A stretch of DNA of 60,902 nucleotides, counting the filler. It is 4 parts of 4 records of this genome, joined end to end, with 100 filler letters (N's around TTAATTAATTAA, not from the genome) between each part and the next. Parts side by side here need not be neighbours in the genome. Positions count along the whole stretch, not along the records: positions 41,012 to 53,564 come from DRR378314_2707; positions 53,665 to 60,902 come from DRR378314_2725; 2 more parts are not named here. The stretch is one strand, 5' to 3'. Of this stretch, positions 50,897 to 60,902 are shown one piece after another (the stretch's first letter is position 1; the number at the start of each line of letters is the position of its first letter). Under the pieces are notes generated by a model. That model saw nothing but the letters and a program-made list of their open reading frames with translations. It made no database searches and was not told the origin of the DNA. The position numbers and the translations under genes were made by a program.

Positions 50897-53389
50897 TTGC
50901 AGCGCCTCAAGATACCGCAAATGCATCGTTGGCTCTTCACTGGTGCCGCCGTGGTTCTCATACTGCTGGCGGTGCAAGCCGTTCGTCTGGGCAAGGATGT
51001 GCAAAGCCGGATCGAGGCCTTGTCGTCGGCGGCAACGGACAACCTGCAATGGACTTTGTCGCAAGCCGAGGTTGATTACCTGAAGTACCGGTTGGCGGCG
51101 ATGAGGACTGAGGATGCCGAGGGTCTGGTGCGATTGCGGCGACAGTTCGACATCTATTACAGCCGGATTGCCACCTTCCGCGAGAGCGCCTTTTACTCCG
51201 GCATACGCGACAACAAGGAGGGCGAACTGTCCCTGGAGCGCCTGCACCGCGGCATGAAGGCGCAGGCCAGATTGATCGACGCCTCCGATGAGACGCTGCT
51301 GAGCAGCTTGGACGAGCTGCGCGAGATGGTGATCGCTGATGGCAATGACGTGCGCGACCTTGCCCTGATCGGGGTCGCACTGCAGGCAGAAACCGCCGGA
51401 GCTGAGCGCGTTCAGCTGCATGAGTTGTTTCTCCGCCTCGCGATCGTGGTAATTACGCTGACCGCCGCGCTTTCACTGACCGCTCTGATGATCCTGCTGC
51501 TCTTCCGGCGGGGGCAGAGGTTGGCTGCACTGCAGGCGCGTGAAGCGGCCCGGACCGAGGCCATGGTGACGTCCTCACTCGATGCGATCCTGATGGCGGA
51601 TGAGGCCGGGCGGATTACTGCATTCAACGGAGCCGCAGAGAAGATTTTCGACTACGCGGCACAAGAGGCCATCGGTTTGCCGTTCAAGGATTTGGTGCCT
51701 GTCAATTCTGCGTTGTTCACCGGCGAGGAACTGCCCGGTGACCTGCGAGAGACAGACGGGCGTATCCAGATGACGGCCCGGCGTAAATCCGGTGAAACCC
51801 TGCCCGTCGAAGTCTCCCTGACGATGAGCCGCTCTGAGGGCAATCAGGTGCTGGTAAGCTACGTCCGAGATATTTCACGCCGTTTGCGCGCTGAGGAGGA
51901 TTTGCGTCGCGCCCGTGATGATGCGCTTGCGGGCGAGGAGGCAAAGGACAAGCTGCTTACCGTCATGAGCCACGAAATGCGCACACCTCTTACGGGTATT
52001 CTGGGCTCACTGGATATTCTGGATGACTTGTGCCCATCGCCAGAGCCGCAGAAATACCTGCAGGCGATGCGGGTCTCCGGAGAGCTTTTGTTGCATCATG
52101 TAAATGACGTTCTGGAGCTGTCCCGGCTAGAAGCCGGGGCCGAACCTGAGGCCGCCGCGCCGTTTGATCTGGTCGATCTTGTCGCCAGCATCGGTGACGG
52201 TCTGCAGGCGGCTGCAGTCAAGAACAACAATGAGCTCAGCGTGTTCTGCAATCTTGGGGAGGCATCTGTTGTTGTTGGGCGTGGTCGTTATGTGCAGCAG
52301 GTATTGCTGAACCTGATCGGCAACGCGTTGAAGTTTACCCGCGATGGTGCGGTGTCCGTGGATGTGATGCGCACCGCCGGAGACTTGATCGAATTCAGTG
52401 TCGCCGATACTGGCCAGGGGATCGCTGCCGATGATTTGGAGCGAATTTTTGACGAGTTCATCATGCTGGACCCCAGTTACAAACGCGGAAGCGAAGGAAC
52501 CGGCCTTGGTCTCGCGATCTCGCAACGCCTGGTTCGGACAATGGGGGGAGAAATTACCTGCGAGAGCGAACAGGGCGAGGGAAGCTTGTTCACCTTCACC
52601 ATCCCGTTGCCGTCTTCGAGCCTGCAGCAAATACCGCTGACAGGGCGACAGGAAGCGGCGCCCGCGGGACAGAAGCTGTTGATTATCGAAGACAATGACA
52701 TCAATCGCCTTCTCTTGGAGAAAATGCTCGGCGACCTCGGTCACGATGTTACGTCGATGAGCGGCGGCGAGGCCGGAATCGATGCGCTGCGGACGACGAC
52801 TTTCGATCTGGTCATCACGGATATCAGCATGCCTGGCATCGACGGTATGGAGGTGTTGCGCCGTGCCAGAGACGAACATCTCGCCGACGGAACTGACGTT
52901 GTTGCGCTGACCGCGCATGCTGCGGAGGACGATCAATTGCGCATTCTCAACGCAGGTTTTGCCGAGGTGCTGACCAAGCCGATCGACCGCGGCGCGCTCG
53001 CGGACACGATTGCGCGGCACGGATTGGGAAGGTCCGATGGCGCCAGAAGTGGCCCACCTGAGCCTGCCCAATCCGAGGATTCCGACATCAAACAGTTTGT
53101 AGATGCAATCGGGTCGGAGAAAGCGCAGCATTTCCTGACTGAATTCGGCAGGGACGTCCGGCGTCTGAGTAATGGGTTGGAGCAGTGTGAGGAGCTGACC
53201 GAAACCCATCGCCAAGAAGCCCACCGGCTTGCAGGTTCGGCTGCTGTTTTGGGGCTAACGGATCTGCGCGCATCAATGCTGCAGATCGAACAGGCGAATA
53301 CCAACACCGTCCCCGCACTCAACCGGTTGCGTAGCGCCTGGAGCTCAGCTGATGGCATTCTCCGGCGATACATCGGGACAGGTTCTTAG
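50897..53389 (+). CDS. Hybrid histidine kinase (periplasmic helical sensor-PAS-HisKA-HATPase-REC-Hpt)
   Basis: Two TMs, SHEMRTP, NALKF, GTGLGL, VITDISMP, AHRLAGSA; AGGAGG before TTG. Confidence 0.92.
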   Translation: MQRLKIPQMHRWLFTGAAVVLILLAVQAVRLGKDVQSRIEALSSAATDNLQWTLSQAEVDYLKYRLAAMRTEDAEGLVRLRRQFDIYYSRIATFRESAFYSGIRDNKEGELSLERLHRGMKAQARLIDASDETLLSSLDELREMVIADGNDVRDLALIGVALQAETAGAERVQLHELFLRLAIVVITLTAALSLTALMILLLFRRGQRLAALQAREAARTEAMVTSSLDAILMADEAGRITAFNGAAEKIFDYAAQEAIGLPFKDLVPVNSALFTGEELPGDLRETDGRIQMTARRKSGETLPVEVSLTMSRSEGNQVLVSYVRDISRRLRAEEDLRRARDDALAGEEAKDKLLTVMSHEMRTPLTGILGSLDILDDLCPSPEPQKYLQAMRVSGELLLHHVNDVLELSRLEAGAEPEAAAPFDLVDLVASIGDGLQAAAVKNNNELSVFCNLGEASVVVGRGRYVQQVLLNLIGNALKFTRDGAVSVDVMRTAGDLIEFSVADTGQGIAADDLERIFDEFIMLDPSYKRGSEGTGLGLAISQRLVRTMGGEITCESEQGEGSLFTFTIPLPSSSLQQIPLTGRQEAAPAGQKLLIIEDNDINRLLLEKMLGDLGHDVTSMSGGEAGIDALRTTTFDLVITDISMPGIDGMEVLRRARDEHLADGTDVVALTAHAAEDDQLRILNAGFAEVLTKPIDRGALADTIARHGLGRSDGARSGPPEPAQSEDSDIKQFVDAIGSEKAQHFLTEFGRDVRRLSNGLEQCEELTETHRQEAHRLAGSAAVLGLTDLRASMLQIEQANTNTVPALNRLRSAWSSADGILRRYIGTGS

Positions 53390-53564
53390 GCCGACGCCTG
53401 GCGGATAGTGTCCAGCGCGTTGATGTGATCCACCTAAAACTGCGTTAGATTCGGATCGCTAACATCGAAGTAAGTGCAATTACAAACTCATGTTAGATCG
53501 TTGGTGGCAACGCTCTAGCAGGTCGCTGAAGTAATCCTGCCTCGACAACGATTTGAGAACATGA

Positions 53565-53664
53565 NNNNNNNNNNNNNNNNNNNNNNNNNNNNNNNNNNNN
53601 NNNNNNNNTTAATTAATTAANNNNNNNNNNNNNNNNNNNNNNNNNNNNNNNNNNNNNNNNNNNN
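53565..53664. other. Artificial contig linker
   Basis: N44-TTAATTAATTAA-N44. Confidence 0.99.
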
Positions 53665-54154
<490 letters not shown>

Positions 54155-54255
54155 TCATAGCAGCAACGAGGCAAATGTAAACCGGCTTCGTTACCGCTAA
54201 CACGCATATTTTCTGGCGTTTAGGGCTAACAGGTTGATGTTTGCGCCAACACCGA

Positions 54256-55134
54256 TCAGGCCGGGATCATCTCACGCGCAAGGCGGCGTTCGCGGACAAA
54301 GGTGTAAAGACCCGACCCGATGATCAGCGTGGCCCCGGCAAGGGTCATCGCATCCGGCCGCTCGTTAAACACCAGCACACCCGCAATCATCGAGAACACA
54401 AGGCGCGTATAGCGGAAAGGCATCATGGCCGAAGCCTCACCCACCCGCATCGCTGAGACGATGCCATAATACCCCAAAACACCGAATCCGATGGCACCCA
54501 GGCAAGGCCAGATCGGGACCGCCTGCATCGGTACATAGGTTTGGGAAGACACGGCCATCAGGACCAGCCCGACGATCATCACCGCCACATAGGCCTGCAT
54601 TGCAACCACGGTCGAGGCCACCCGCACGTCCAGCTTGCGTGTCATCAGATCCCGCGCGGCAATCGCAAATACCGATGCGACCACCAACAGGGTTTCCGGC
54701 TGAAAGCCATCGAGGCCCGGGCGAATAATCATCAATACACCGACAAACCCAACCCCGATCGCGCTCCACCGTCGCCAACCGACCTGTTCGCCCAGAAACA
54801 GCGCCGCCCCCATCGTCACCGCAAGGGGCATAACCTGAAATACTGCCGCAACCGTGGACAGGTCGATAAGCGACAATGCGGTTATAAAGCAAATCGCGCC
54901 AATCCCTTCGGCCGCCGCACGGGCCACCGGCAGCGGTGACCAGGCAACCGGATCAAAGATGCGCCTGCGCGTCGCGACTGACATCACCACGAAGACCGCG
55001 CCGCAAACCAAACCCAAAAGAACGAGAATCTGCCCTGTCGGAACCGAGACCGACAGTTGTTTGATAAACATATCCTCAATCGCAAAGGCTGCCATCGACC
55101 CGACAAGCAGCAGGATGCCGTTTACATTGTTCAT
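54256..55134 (-). CDS. DMT/EamA family transporter
   Basis: LFLGEQVGWRRW, IIRPG, PFRYTRL, VFNERP. Confidence 0.9.
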   Translation of the reverse strand: MNNVNGILLLVGSMAAFAIEDMFIKQLSVSVPTGQILVLLGLVCGAVFVVMSVATRRRIFDPVAWSPLPVARAAAEGIGAICFITALSLIDLSTVAAVFQVMPLAVTMGAALFLGEQVGWRRWSAIGVGFVGVLMIIRPGLDGFQPETLLVVASVFAIAARDLMTRKLDVRVASTVVAMQAYVAVMIVGLVLMAVSSQTYVPMQAVPIWPCLGAIGFGVLGYYGIVSAMRVGEASAMMPFRYTRLVFSMIAGVLVFNERPDAMTLAGATLIIGSGLYTFVRERRLAREMIPA

Positions 55135-55266
55135 GCGCGTTTCCATTGGAGTGGGGAAAATAAACCCAATAACCGCACAAGAACCGTACGCAGTGGCCTG
55201 TGGCAAGACAAAACTCGGCATAACCGATGAATTGCCGTGAACCGTTCTATCGCGATCTGTGATGGA

Positions 55267-55680
55267 TCAGTCTTTGGTCAGCGGCACGCCATAAAGCTCC
55301 AGCCGGTGCCCTTTCAGTTTGTAGCCAAGTTTGGCAGCAATCTTTTCCTGCAGCGCTTCGATTTCAGGATCCACAAACTCGATCACCTCGCCCGATTGCA
55401 CGTCGATCAGGTGGTCATGATGATCACGTTCGGCATCTTCGTAACGCGCACGGCCGTCGCCGAACTCTAACCGTTCAAGAATTCCGGCCTCTTCAAACAG
55501 TTTGACGGTTCGATACACCGTGGCGATCGAAATGCCGGAATCTTCGGCTGAGGCCCGGGAATAAAGTTCTTCCACATCCGGGTGGTCAGCGCTTTGCTGC
55601 AACACCTGAGCGATTGTTCGGCGCTGGCCAGTCATGCGCAGGCCTTTGGCTTCGCAACGGGAAATTATCGTATCGGACAT
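55267..55680 (-). CDS. fur: Fur family regulator
   Basis: GLRMTGQR, HPDVEELY, SIATVYRT, HHDHLID. Confidence 0.9.
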   Translation of the reverse strand: MSDTIISRCEAKGLRMTGQRRTIAQVLQQSADHPDVEELYSRASAEDSGISIATVYRTVKLFEEAGILERLEFGDGRARYEDAERDHHDHLIDVQSGEVIEFVDPEIEALQEKIAAKLGYKLKGHRLELYGVPLTKD

Positions 55681-55752
55681 GGTTACTCTCGGAACAGTTC
55701 GAACCACATACTTAATATGTCTGTTTGCCTTGCGCTACAGTCGATTTCGCCG

Positions 55753-56457
55753 TCAGGCAACGCGTCGCAGATCAGCCCAAACCGGCAGATGATCAGAAGC
55801 AATGTGCGCTGGCCGCGTATCATGAACCCCATGCAAAGCGGCCTCAAGCCCCTGCCCCAGCGCGATTCTGTCGAGTGCCCCCAATGGCTGCGCCGCCGGA
55901 AAGCTGGGCACGGGCGGCAAAAAACGCATGTCAGGTGCCAGATGATCCAGAACAGGTTGGCGCGACCATTCGTTGAAATCCCCGGCCCAGACGGTGGGCA
56001 TAACCTCAAGCTCGGAATCGAAGCGTCTGATGTGGTTGATCTGATGGCGGCGCGATGCGGGCAGCAGCCCCAGATGCATCCCCATCACACGTAGCGGGCC
56101 AATCTGCGTCTCAAACTCCACCCGTACGGCGCCTCTGGGCTCCAACCCCGGCAAATCGTGATGTCCGGTTTGACGTACTTCAATCGCATCTCCGCGCCAG
56201 ATCACCGCGTTGCCATGCCAGCCCAGACTGCCCGCACCACCCAGATCAACAATCTGCCATCCAGCCTCATTCAGCATGAAATGGGGCAACGCGGCAGGCC
56301 GAGGGGGTAGACGCTTATCGGCCTCCTGCAGCACAACGATATCAGCCTGCATGCTGTCGATAACCTGCATGATCCGCTGCGGTTGCCGCCGAAAATCGAG
56401 GCCGACGCATTTCTGAATGTTGTAACTAGCAAGACGCAGGGTCGACAGGCGGGTCAT
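55753..56457 (-). CDS. Endonuclease/exonuclease/phosphatase family protein
   Basis: ASYNI, VLQEAD, GDFNEW, LDRI, SDHLPV. Confidence 0.9.
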   Translation of the reverse strand: MTRLSTLRLASYNIQKCVGLDFRRQPQRIMQVIDSMQADIVVLQEADKRLPPRPAALPHFMLNEAGWQIVDLGGAGSLGWHGNAVIWRGDAIEVRQTGHHDLPGLEPRGAVRVEFETQIGPLRVMGMHLGLLPASRRHQINHIRRFDSELEVMPTVWAGDFNEWSRQPVLDHLAPDMRFLPPVPSFPAAQPLGALDRIALGQGLEAALHGVHDTRPAHIASDHLPVWADLRRVA

Positions 56458-56639
56458 GGGTTTCCGTTGGCTGTTCAAACACCAAGAGTGCCACGCCCAG
56501 CGCCCAGCGCAACATGAATCAACCCTCAGACACAGAACCTGAAGATGAATTAATCCCAAAGCCCCCTCTAAACGCAAATTCTGTATACACACTTATCTGT
56601 TTCGCTAAAGTATTCGAATAGCCGAGCTAAGGATCAAAC

Positions 56640-57551
56640 GTGGATACAACGTTCGCAACCCTGGTACTTGTCGACATTTCAGGGAGCACGCCGCTGTACA
56701 AAGCGGTGGGTGAAGCCGAGGCGCAGCGCCTTCTCCAACTGGAACTTGACCGGCTCCGGCGCGTACTTGCGGCCCATGGCGGTGTTCAGGTTGGACAGAA
56801 AGGGGATGATGTCCTCAGTTACTTCCTCGACGCAAATTCGGCGCTGAAAGCGGCGATGGACCTGATCAAGGGATCTTCGGAAACCCCTCTATCAGTTCAT
56901 GTTGGTGTGCATTGCGGGCCAATCGTCCTCACGGAAAAAGGGGTTTATGGCGAGGCGGTGAATATCACTGCACGACTTGCCACTGCCGCCAACCCCGGAG
57001 AGGCCTGTCTCAGCGATGGCGTAGCCGATATGCTGCAGGGCAACTTGCGGCAAACCCTCAAGCCGCTTGGACGCCTTAACCTCAAGGGTTTGACCGAACA
57101 GTTCATGGTCCATTCCCTGCAGAAACCGGCCATGGCCCCCAACACGCATACCAGATTACCCCTATCCTATGGTCGGACCAAAGATCACTGGACGCCCCGC
57201 GAACGCCTGACGCTCTTGCTCAGCCACGGGGACCGCTCGTGGCGCTGCCATGAGAATGATGAGCTGGCAATCGGCCGGTCATCGGATTGCGACGTTGTCT
57301 TGTCGCAGCCCTGGGTCTCGCGCCTGCACGCGGTTCTTGGCATCAAGGACGGCAAGTTGATTCTGACGGACCGCAGCACATCGGGCACCTACCTGAAACC
57401 CGAGGCCGGTCGCGAAATCCAGCTAAAGCGTGAATCCGTCATGCTGGCCGACAGCGGGTTGATCTCTCCGGCCTTGCCCATCGCTGAGTCTGAAATCTGT
57501 CTGCAGTTTGAACTTTTAGGCCGCCCTCAGGTGCCACAAAACGTCGCCTGA
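56640..57551 (+). CDS. Class III nucleotidyl cyclase - FHA fusion
   Basis: [37 protein letters not shown]...VSRLHA...DRSTSGT. Confidence 0.85.
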   Translation: MDTTFATLVLVDISGSTPLYKAVGEAEAQRLLQLELDRLRRVLAAHGGVQVGQKGDDVLSYFLDANSALKAAMDLIKGSSETPLSVHVGVHCGPIVLTEKGVYGEAVNITARLATAANPGEACLSDGVADMLQGNLRQTLKPLGRLNLKGLTEQFMVHSLQKPAMAPNTHTRLPLSYGRTKDHWTPRERLTLLLSHGDRSWRCHENDELAIGRSSDCDVVLSQPWVSRLHAVLGIKDGKLILTDRSTSGTYLKPEAGREIQLKRESVMLADSGLISPALPIAESEICLQFELLGRPQVPQNVA

Positions 57552-58945
57552 ACAACCTCATTCTCTGCCGGAGGTCGCTTTAGATCAGCGGCGTCCGGTT
57601 GATCCTTATAGGGCCGTGCCAAAACATCGTTCAGGCGCTGGAATGGTGCGTAATCCCCCTGCACCGCCGCCTGAATCATTTGCTCAACCCGATGATTGCG
57701 CGGAATAAACGCCGGGTTTGCCGCCGCCATGACCACTGCCGGCGCCGCTTCGCGCTGCACCCGCGCCTGCCACCCGTCAGCCCACTGATCATAGGCCACA
57801 GGATCGGTAAATTGGTCCCGCGCACTCTGACTGCCCAGCGCTCTGAACGTATTGGTGAAATCGGCCCTGTTCTGCGCCATCCGGGTCAACAGGTCCGAGA
57901 TCATCTCAAGATCCCCCTCCTCAGCCCGGGTCAGCCCAATCTTGGCCCGGAACCGCTCTAGCCATTGCTCTTGCAACAGGTCAGGCATGGCATGCACGAT
58001 CTCTGTCGCCTCCTCCACAGCAGCCTCTTTGTCCTCGAACTGCTGGATCAAAGCCGTCGCCAACTGCGCAAGATTCCAAACCGCAATTTCGGGCTGGTTC
58101 GAATAGGCATATCGCCCCATCTGGTCAATCGAACTGAAAACCGTGTTCGGATGATAGCTATCCATAAAGGCACAAGGTCCATAGTCGATGGTCTCACCCG
58201 CGATCGAACTGTTATCCGTATTCATTACCCCGTGAATGAACCCGACGCCCATCCACTGTGCGATCAGCCGCGCCTGTGCATCCCGCACCGCCCGCAGCAG
58301 CCCCATAGGACCCTCTGCCTGGGGATAGTGGCGCTGAATGGCATATTCAGTCAGCCGCCGTAGGTTATCCAACTGTCCCCGGGCGGCAAATACCTGAAAT
58401 GTACCCACGCGCAGGTGGCTTTGTGCCACACGGGTTAAAACTGCGCCGGGCATCGGGCCCTCGCGCAATACGATTTCACCGGTCTCGACCGCTGCCAAAG
58501 CCCGTGTTGTGGGTATACCCAGCGCATGCATCGCCTCGGACACAACATATTCGCGCAGCACCGGTCCCAGCCAGGCCCGCCCATCGCCCCGACGGGAAAA
58601 CGGTGTCTGGCCCGACCCTTTCAGCTGAATATCCCGCCTGATCCCATCCGTGCCGACAACCTCACCCAATAAAACAGCCCGCCCATCACCAAGCTGAGGG
58701 TTATAGGTTCCAAACTGATGCCCGGAATAAAGCTGCGCCAGGGGGTCAGCACCTTCTGGCACAGAGTTGCCCGCGAAGACTTGCGCCATCTCTTCGGCCT
58801 CACCGGGAGTAATTCGCAACACTTGCGCCAAATCGGCGTTGAGAGCGATCAGACGTGGAGCACGGACAGGCACAGGCGCTTGCCTTGCAAAGAACCCCTC
58901 CGGCAGGCGGGCGTAGCTGTTGTCAAAAGGGATCATCATGGTCAT
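57527..58945 (-). CDS. selO: Protein adenylyltransferase SelO/YdiU
   Basis: [36 protein letters not shown]-terminal TFCGT. Confidence 0.94.
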   Translation of the reverse strand: MTMMIPFDNSYARLPEGFFARQAPVPVRAPRLIALNADLAQVLRITPGEAEEMAQVFAGNSVPEGADPLAQLYSGHQFGTYNPQLGDGRAVLLGEVVGTDGIRRDIQLKGSGQTPFSRRGDGRAWLGPVLREYVVSEAMHALGIPTTRALAAVETGEIVLREGPMPGAVLTRVAQSHLRVGTFQVFAARGQLDNLRRLTEYAIQRHYPQAEGPMGLLRAVRDAQARLIAQWMGVGFIHGVMNTDNSSIAGETIDYGPCAFMDSYHPNTVFSSIDQMGRYAYSNQPEIAVWNLAQLATALIQQFEDKEAAVEEATEIVHAMPDLLQEQWLERFRAKIGLTRAEEGDLEMISDLLTRMAQNRADFTNTFRALGSQSARDQFTDPVAYDQWADGWQARVQREAAPAVVMAAANPAFIPRNHRVEQMIQAAVQGDYAPFQRLNDVLARPYKDQPDAADLKRPPAENEVVQATFCGT

Positions 58946-59032
58946 GCGGCAAACATATGCGCTGGTTACACAATTGCCATAGCAGATCATGCGACGCCGT
59001 GCATAATCAGCGCAATCAAACCTGGGACCGCC

Positions 59033-59452
59033 ATGACCGCACAAGGCATCATCGATCATCTGAACCTGCAGCAGCACCCCGAAGGCGGCTGGTACAAAGA
59101 AACCTGGCGCGCCGACAATCCGGGTCGCGCCACCGGCACCTGCATCTATTTTCTGCTGGCAGAGGGTGAAAGCAGCCACTGGCACAAAGTCGACGCCACT
59201 GAAATCTGGCTCTATCATTCGGGCGCGCCTTTGATCCTGTCGCTCAGCGCAAATGACAAAGGCCCGGCCACCGATCACATATTGACGGCAGAGCTCGCTA
59301 AAGGTGCACCTCAGATCATCGTGCCAAAGGATCATTGGCAAGCCGCGCGCAGCACCGGCGCTTATACGTTGGTCAGTTGCACGGTTTCACCAGGGTTTGA
59401 GTTCGAGGGATTTGAACTCGCGAAACCCGGCTTTGACATCCCGACAAAATAA
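59033..59452 (+). CDS. Cupin_5 (DUF985) protein
   Basis: [29 protein letters not shown]. Confidence 0.9.
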   Translation: MTAQGIIDHLNLQQHPEGGWYKETWRADNPGRATGTCIYFLLAEGESSHWHKVDATEIWLYHSGAPLILSLSANDKGPATDHILTAELAKGAPQIIVPKDHWQAARSTGAYTLVSCTVSPGFEFEGFELAKPGFDIPTK

Positions 59453-59500
59453 CAACGGCCCGTCCATCAGACCCAGGCTCAGCCCTCAGGGCGTCCGCAT

Positions 59501-59557
59501 CTTCATCTGGCCAAAAATACCTCGGGGGAGTCGCGCAGCGACGGGGGCAGCGCCCCC
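59501..59557 (+). repeat. Rhodobacteraceae-type intergenic repeat
   Basis: CTTCATCTGGCCAAAAATACCTCGGGGGAG-TCGCGCAGCGA-CGGGGGCAGCGCCCCC with two hairpins; resembles a motif I recall from roseobacter genomes. Confidence 0.5.
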
Positions 59558-60684
59558 TACACGCCAACCATAGCGCCTCGTGCCGGGGCCGACACGATAC
59601 CGCCCCCAACGCACGCGCTGACACCGGTCGTACCCGGGCATGACGTCGGCAAACCTCGTGCCACCCGAACAGCGAGATATGCAAAGGCCTGCGCCTCAAG
59701 CATATCGCCGTCCAATCCAACCGCCTCGACGGGCCCTACCGGACAATCCAGAGACACGCGCAGCATCTCCATCAGCACGGGATTATTTCGACCACCTCCA
59801 GTCACCAGAATGCGCGAAGGTGGTTTGGGACAATGCTCCATCCCCTGCACCACGCCTGCCGCACTCATTCCAGTCAGCGTGGCGACCGCATCGGCATCAC
59901 TCAGCTCCTTTACCAACCCGATCATTTCCGAGAAATCATTCCGGTCCAGCGACTTGGGTGGCATCCGATTGAAGAAAGGTTCCGACAGAAACAGCTCAAG
60001 CGCACCGGTTTCAACCGTTCCATCGCGTGCCAACGCGCCATTCTGATCCATCGGCAGCCCCAGCCGCGCTTGCATCAGGTCATCTACCGGAGCATTGGCG
60101 GGTCCGGTATCGAAAGCCACCAATGCCCCCGGCGCCTCGGGACCATCAAAGGATGGATCCACATAGGTCAGGTTCCCCACACCACCGAGGTTGAGGAAAC
60201 ACATTGGCTCTTGCGCCCCGATCCATTTGGCACAAGCAAAATGAAAGAACGGGGCCAGAGGTGCTCCCTCACCACCCAGTGCCACGTCGTCACTGCGGAA
60301 GTCCCAGACCACCGGCAGCCCCAGCGCTTGAGACAGGCCAAGACCGTCGCCCACCTGCAACGTCCCGCGCCCGCGTGGTTCATGCGCCAGCGTCTGGCCA
60401 TGGAAGCCGATCAGGTCCACCTCTTCGAATTCTGAAAGAACCTCGGCATGCGCGCGGGTCACAAGCTCAGCCGAGGTATCAACCTCTGGGCCATGCCAAT
60501 GCCCAAGGGCCGCGCGCAATGTGGCACGTTCTTCTTCTGAATACGCACGGTACGCGCTGGGACCAAAGCCAAAAATCTCTTGCCCGTCGGTTTCGACCAC
60601 GGCGGCGTCCACACCGTCCAGAGATGTGCCCGACATGGCTCCCAATGCCCTGATCGCACCCGATTTGCTGATGACCCTGCCCAC
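59557..60684 (-). CDS. anmK: Anhydro-N-acetylmuramic acid kinase
   Basis: [41 protein letters not shown]. Confidence 0.95.
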   Translation of the reverse strand: MGRVISKSGAIRALGAMSGTSLDGVDAAVVETDGQEIFGFGPSAYRAYSEEERATLRAALGHWHGPEVDTSAELVTRAHAEVLSEFEEVDLIGFHGQTLAHEPRGRGTLQVGDGLGLSQALGLPVVWDFRSDDVALGGEGAPLAPFFHFACAKWIGAQEPMCFLNLGGVGNLTYVDPSFDGPEAPGALVAFDTGPANAPVDDLMQARLGLPMDQNGALARDGTVETGALELFLSEPFFNRMPPKSLDRNDFSEMIGLVKELSDADAVATLTGMSAAGVVQGMEHCPKPPSRILVTGGGRNNPVLMEMLRVSLDCPVGPVEAVGLDGDMLEAQAFAYLAVRVARGLPTSCPGTTGVSACVGGGIVSAPARGAMVGV

Positions 60685-60867
60685 GCCGACCTCGTTTCTT
60701 GCATCATACACCCGGTGAACAGGGTGCTGAGCACAACCTGCACGGTAACGCAAAGCCATGGCAAGGCACATCCTGCGCGAGCGAAATTTTTCTTGGACAT
60801 GGTGCCTTTTCCTTGCCCCTGACGCCGCCTATACAGTGCTCCGCAATAGTAACCCCGAGGGCACGAT

Positions 60868-60902
60868 ATGACCTACCACCCCAAATCGGATTTCATCGCC
60901 AC
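60868..60902 (+). CDS. tyrS: Tyrosine--tRNA ligase, first codons
   Basis: MTYHPKSDFIA; divergent from anmK, the usual synteny. Confidence 0.7.
   Translation, partial: MTYHPKSDFIA

Noticed and set aside
57527..59341. 604-aa extended SelO ORF
   Set aside because: The N-terminal extension is antisense to the cupin gene; the real start is near 58945

Overview
This window is not one continuous locus. It consists of four contigs joined by artificial 100-nt linkers (N44-TTAATTAATTAA-N44) at 12683-12782, 40912-41011 and 53565-53664. Contigs 1 (1-12682), 3 (41012-53564) and 4 (53665-60902) are GC-rich Rhodobacteraceae (Roseobacter-group-like) chromosome. They carry ileS, ogt, pcs, xerC, fsa, priA, prmA, ruvCAB, ndk, eno, fur, selO, anmK and the start of tyrS, plus accessory genes. 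Contig 2 (12783-40911) is visibly more AT-rich and looks gammaproteobacterial (Idiomarina/Alteromonadales-like). It starts in the 3' end of tRNA-Phe. An ~11 kb island follows, bounded by a duplicated tRNA 3' end and carrying a deleted P22-like integrase, a TetR-controlled RND efflux operon, a fabF stub and an AraC/MdaB detox module. Next come a five-gene phosphorelay/c-di-GMP cluster and chromosomal genes. The most interesting candidates are: (1) a PruR-like periplasmic pterin-binding protein coupled to a hybrid histidine kinase and LuxR regulator, next to an intact but catalytically eroded ManC pseudoenzyme; (2) an integrase frame that reads through att into tRNA-Phe; (3) an orphan DUF2235 lipase with a lectin-like C-terminus; (4) a cyclase-FHA fusion with non-canonical specificity residues; (5) a sigma54/IHF promoter on a DUF1707/LiaF-like gene. 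All calls come from motif recognition by eye; no searches were run.
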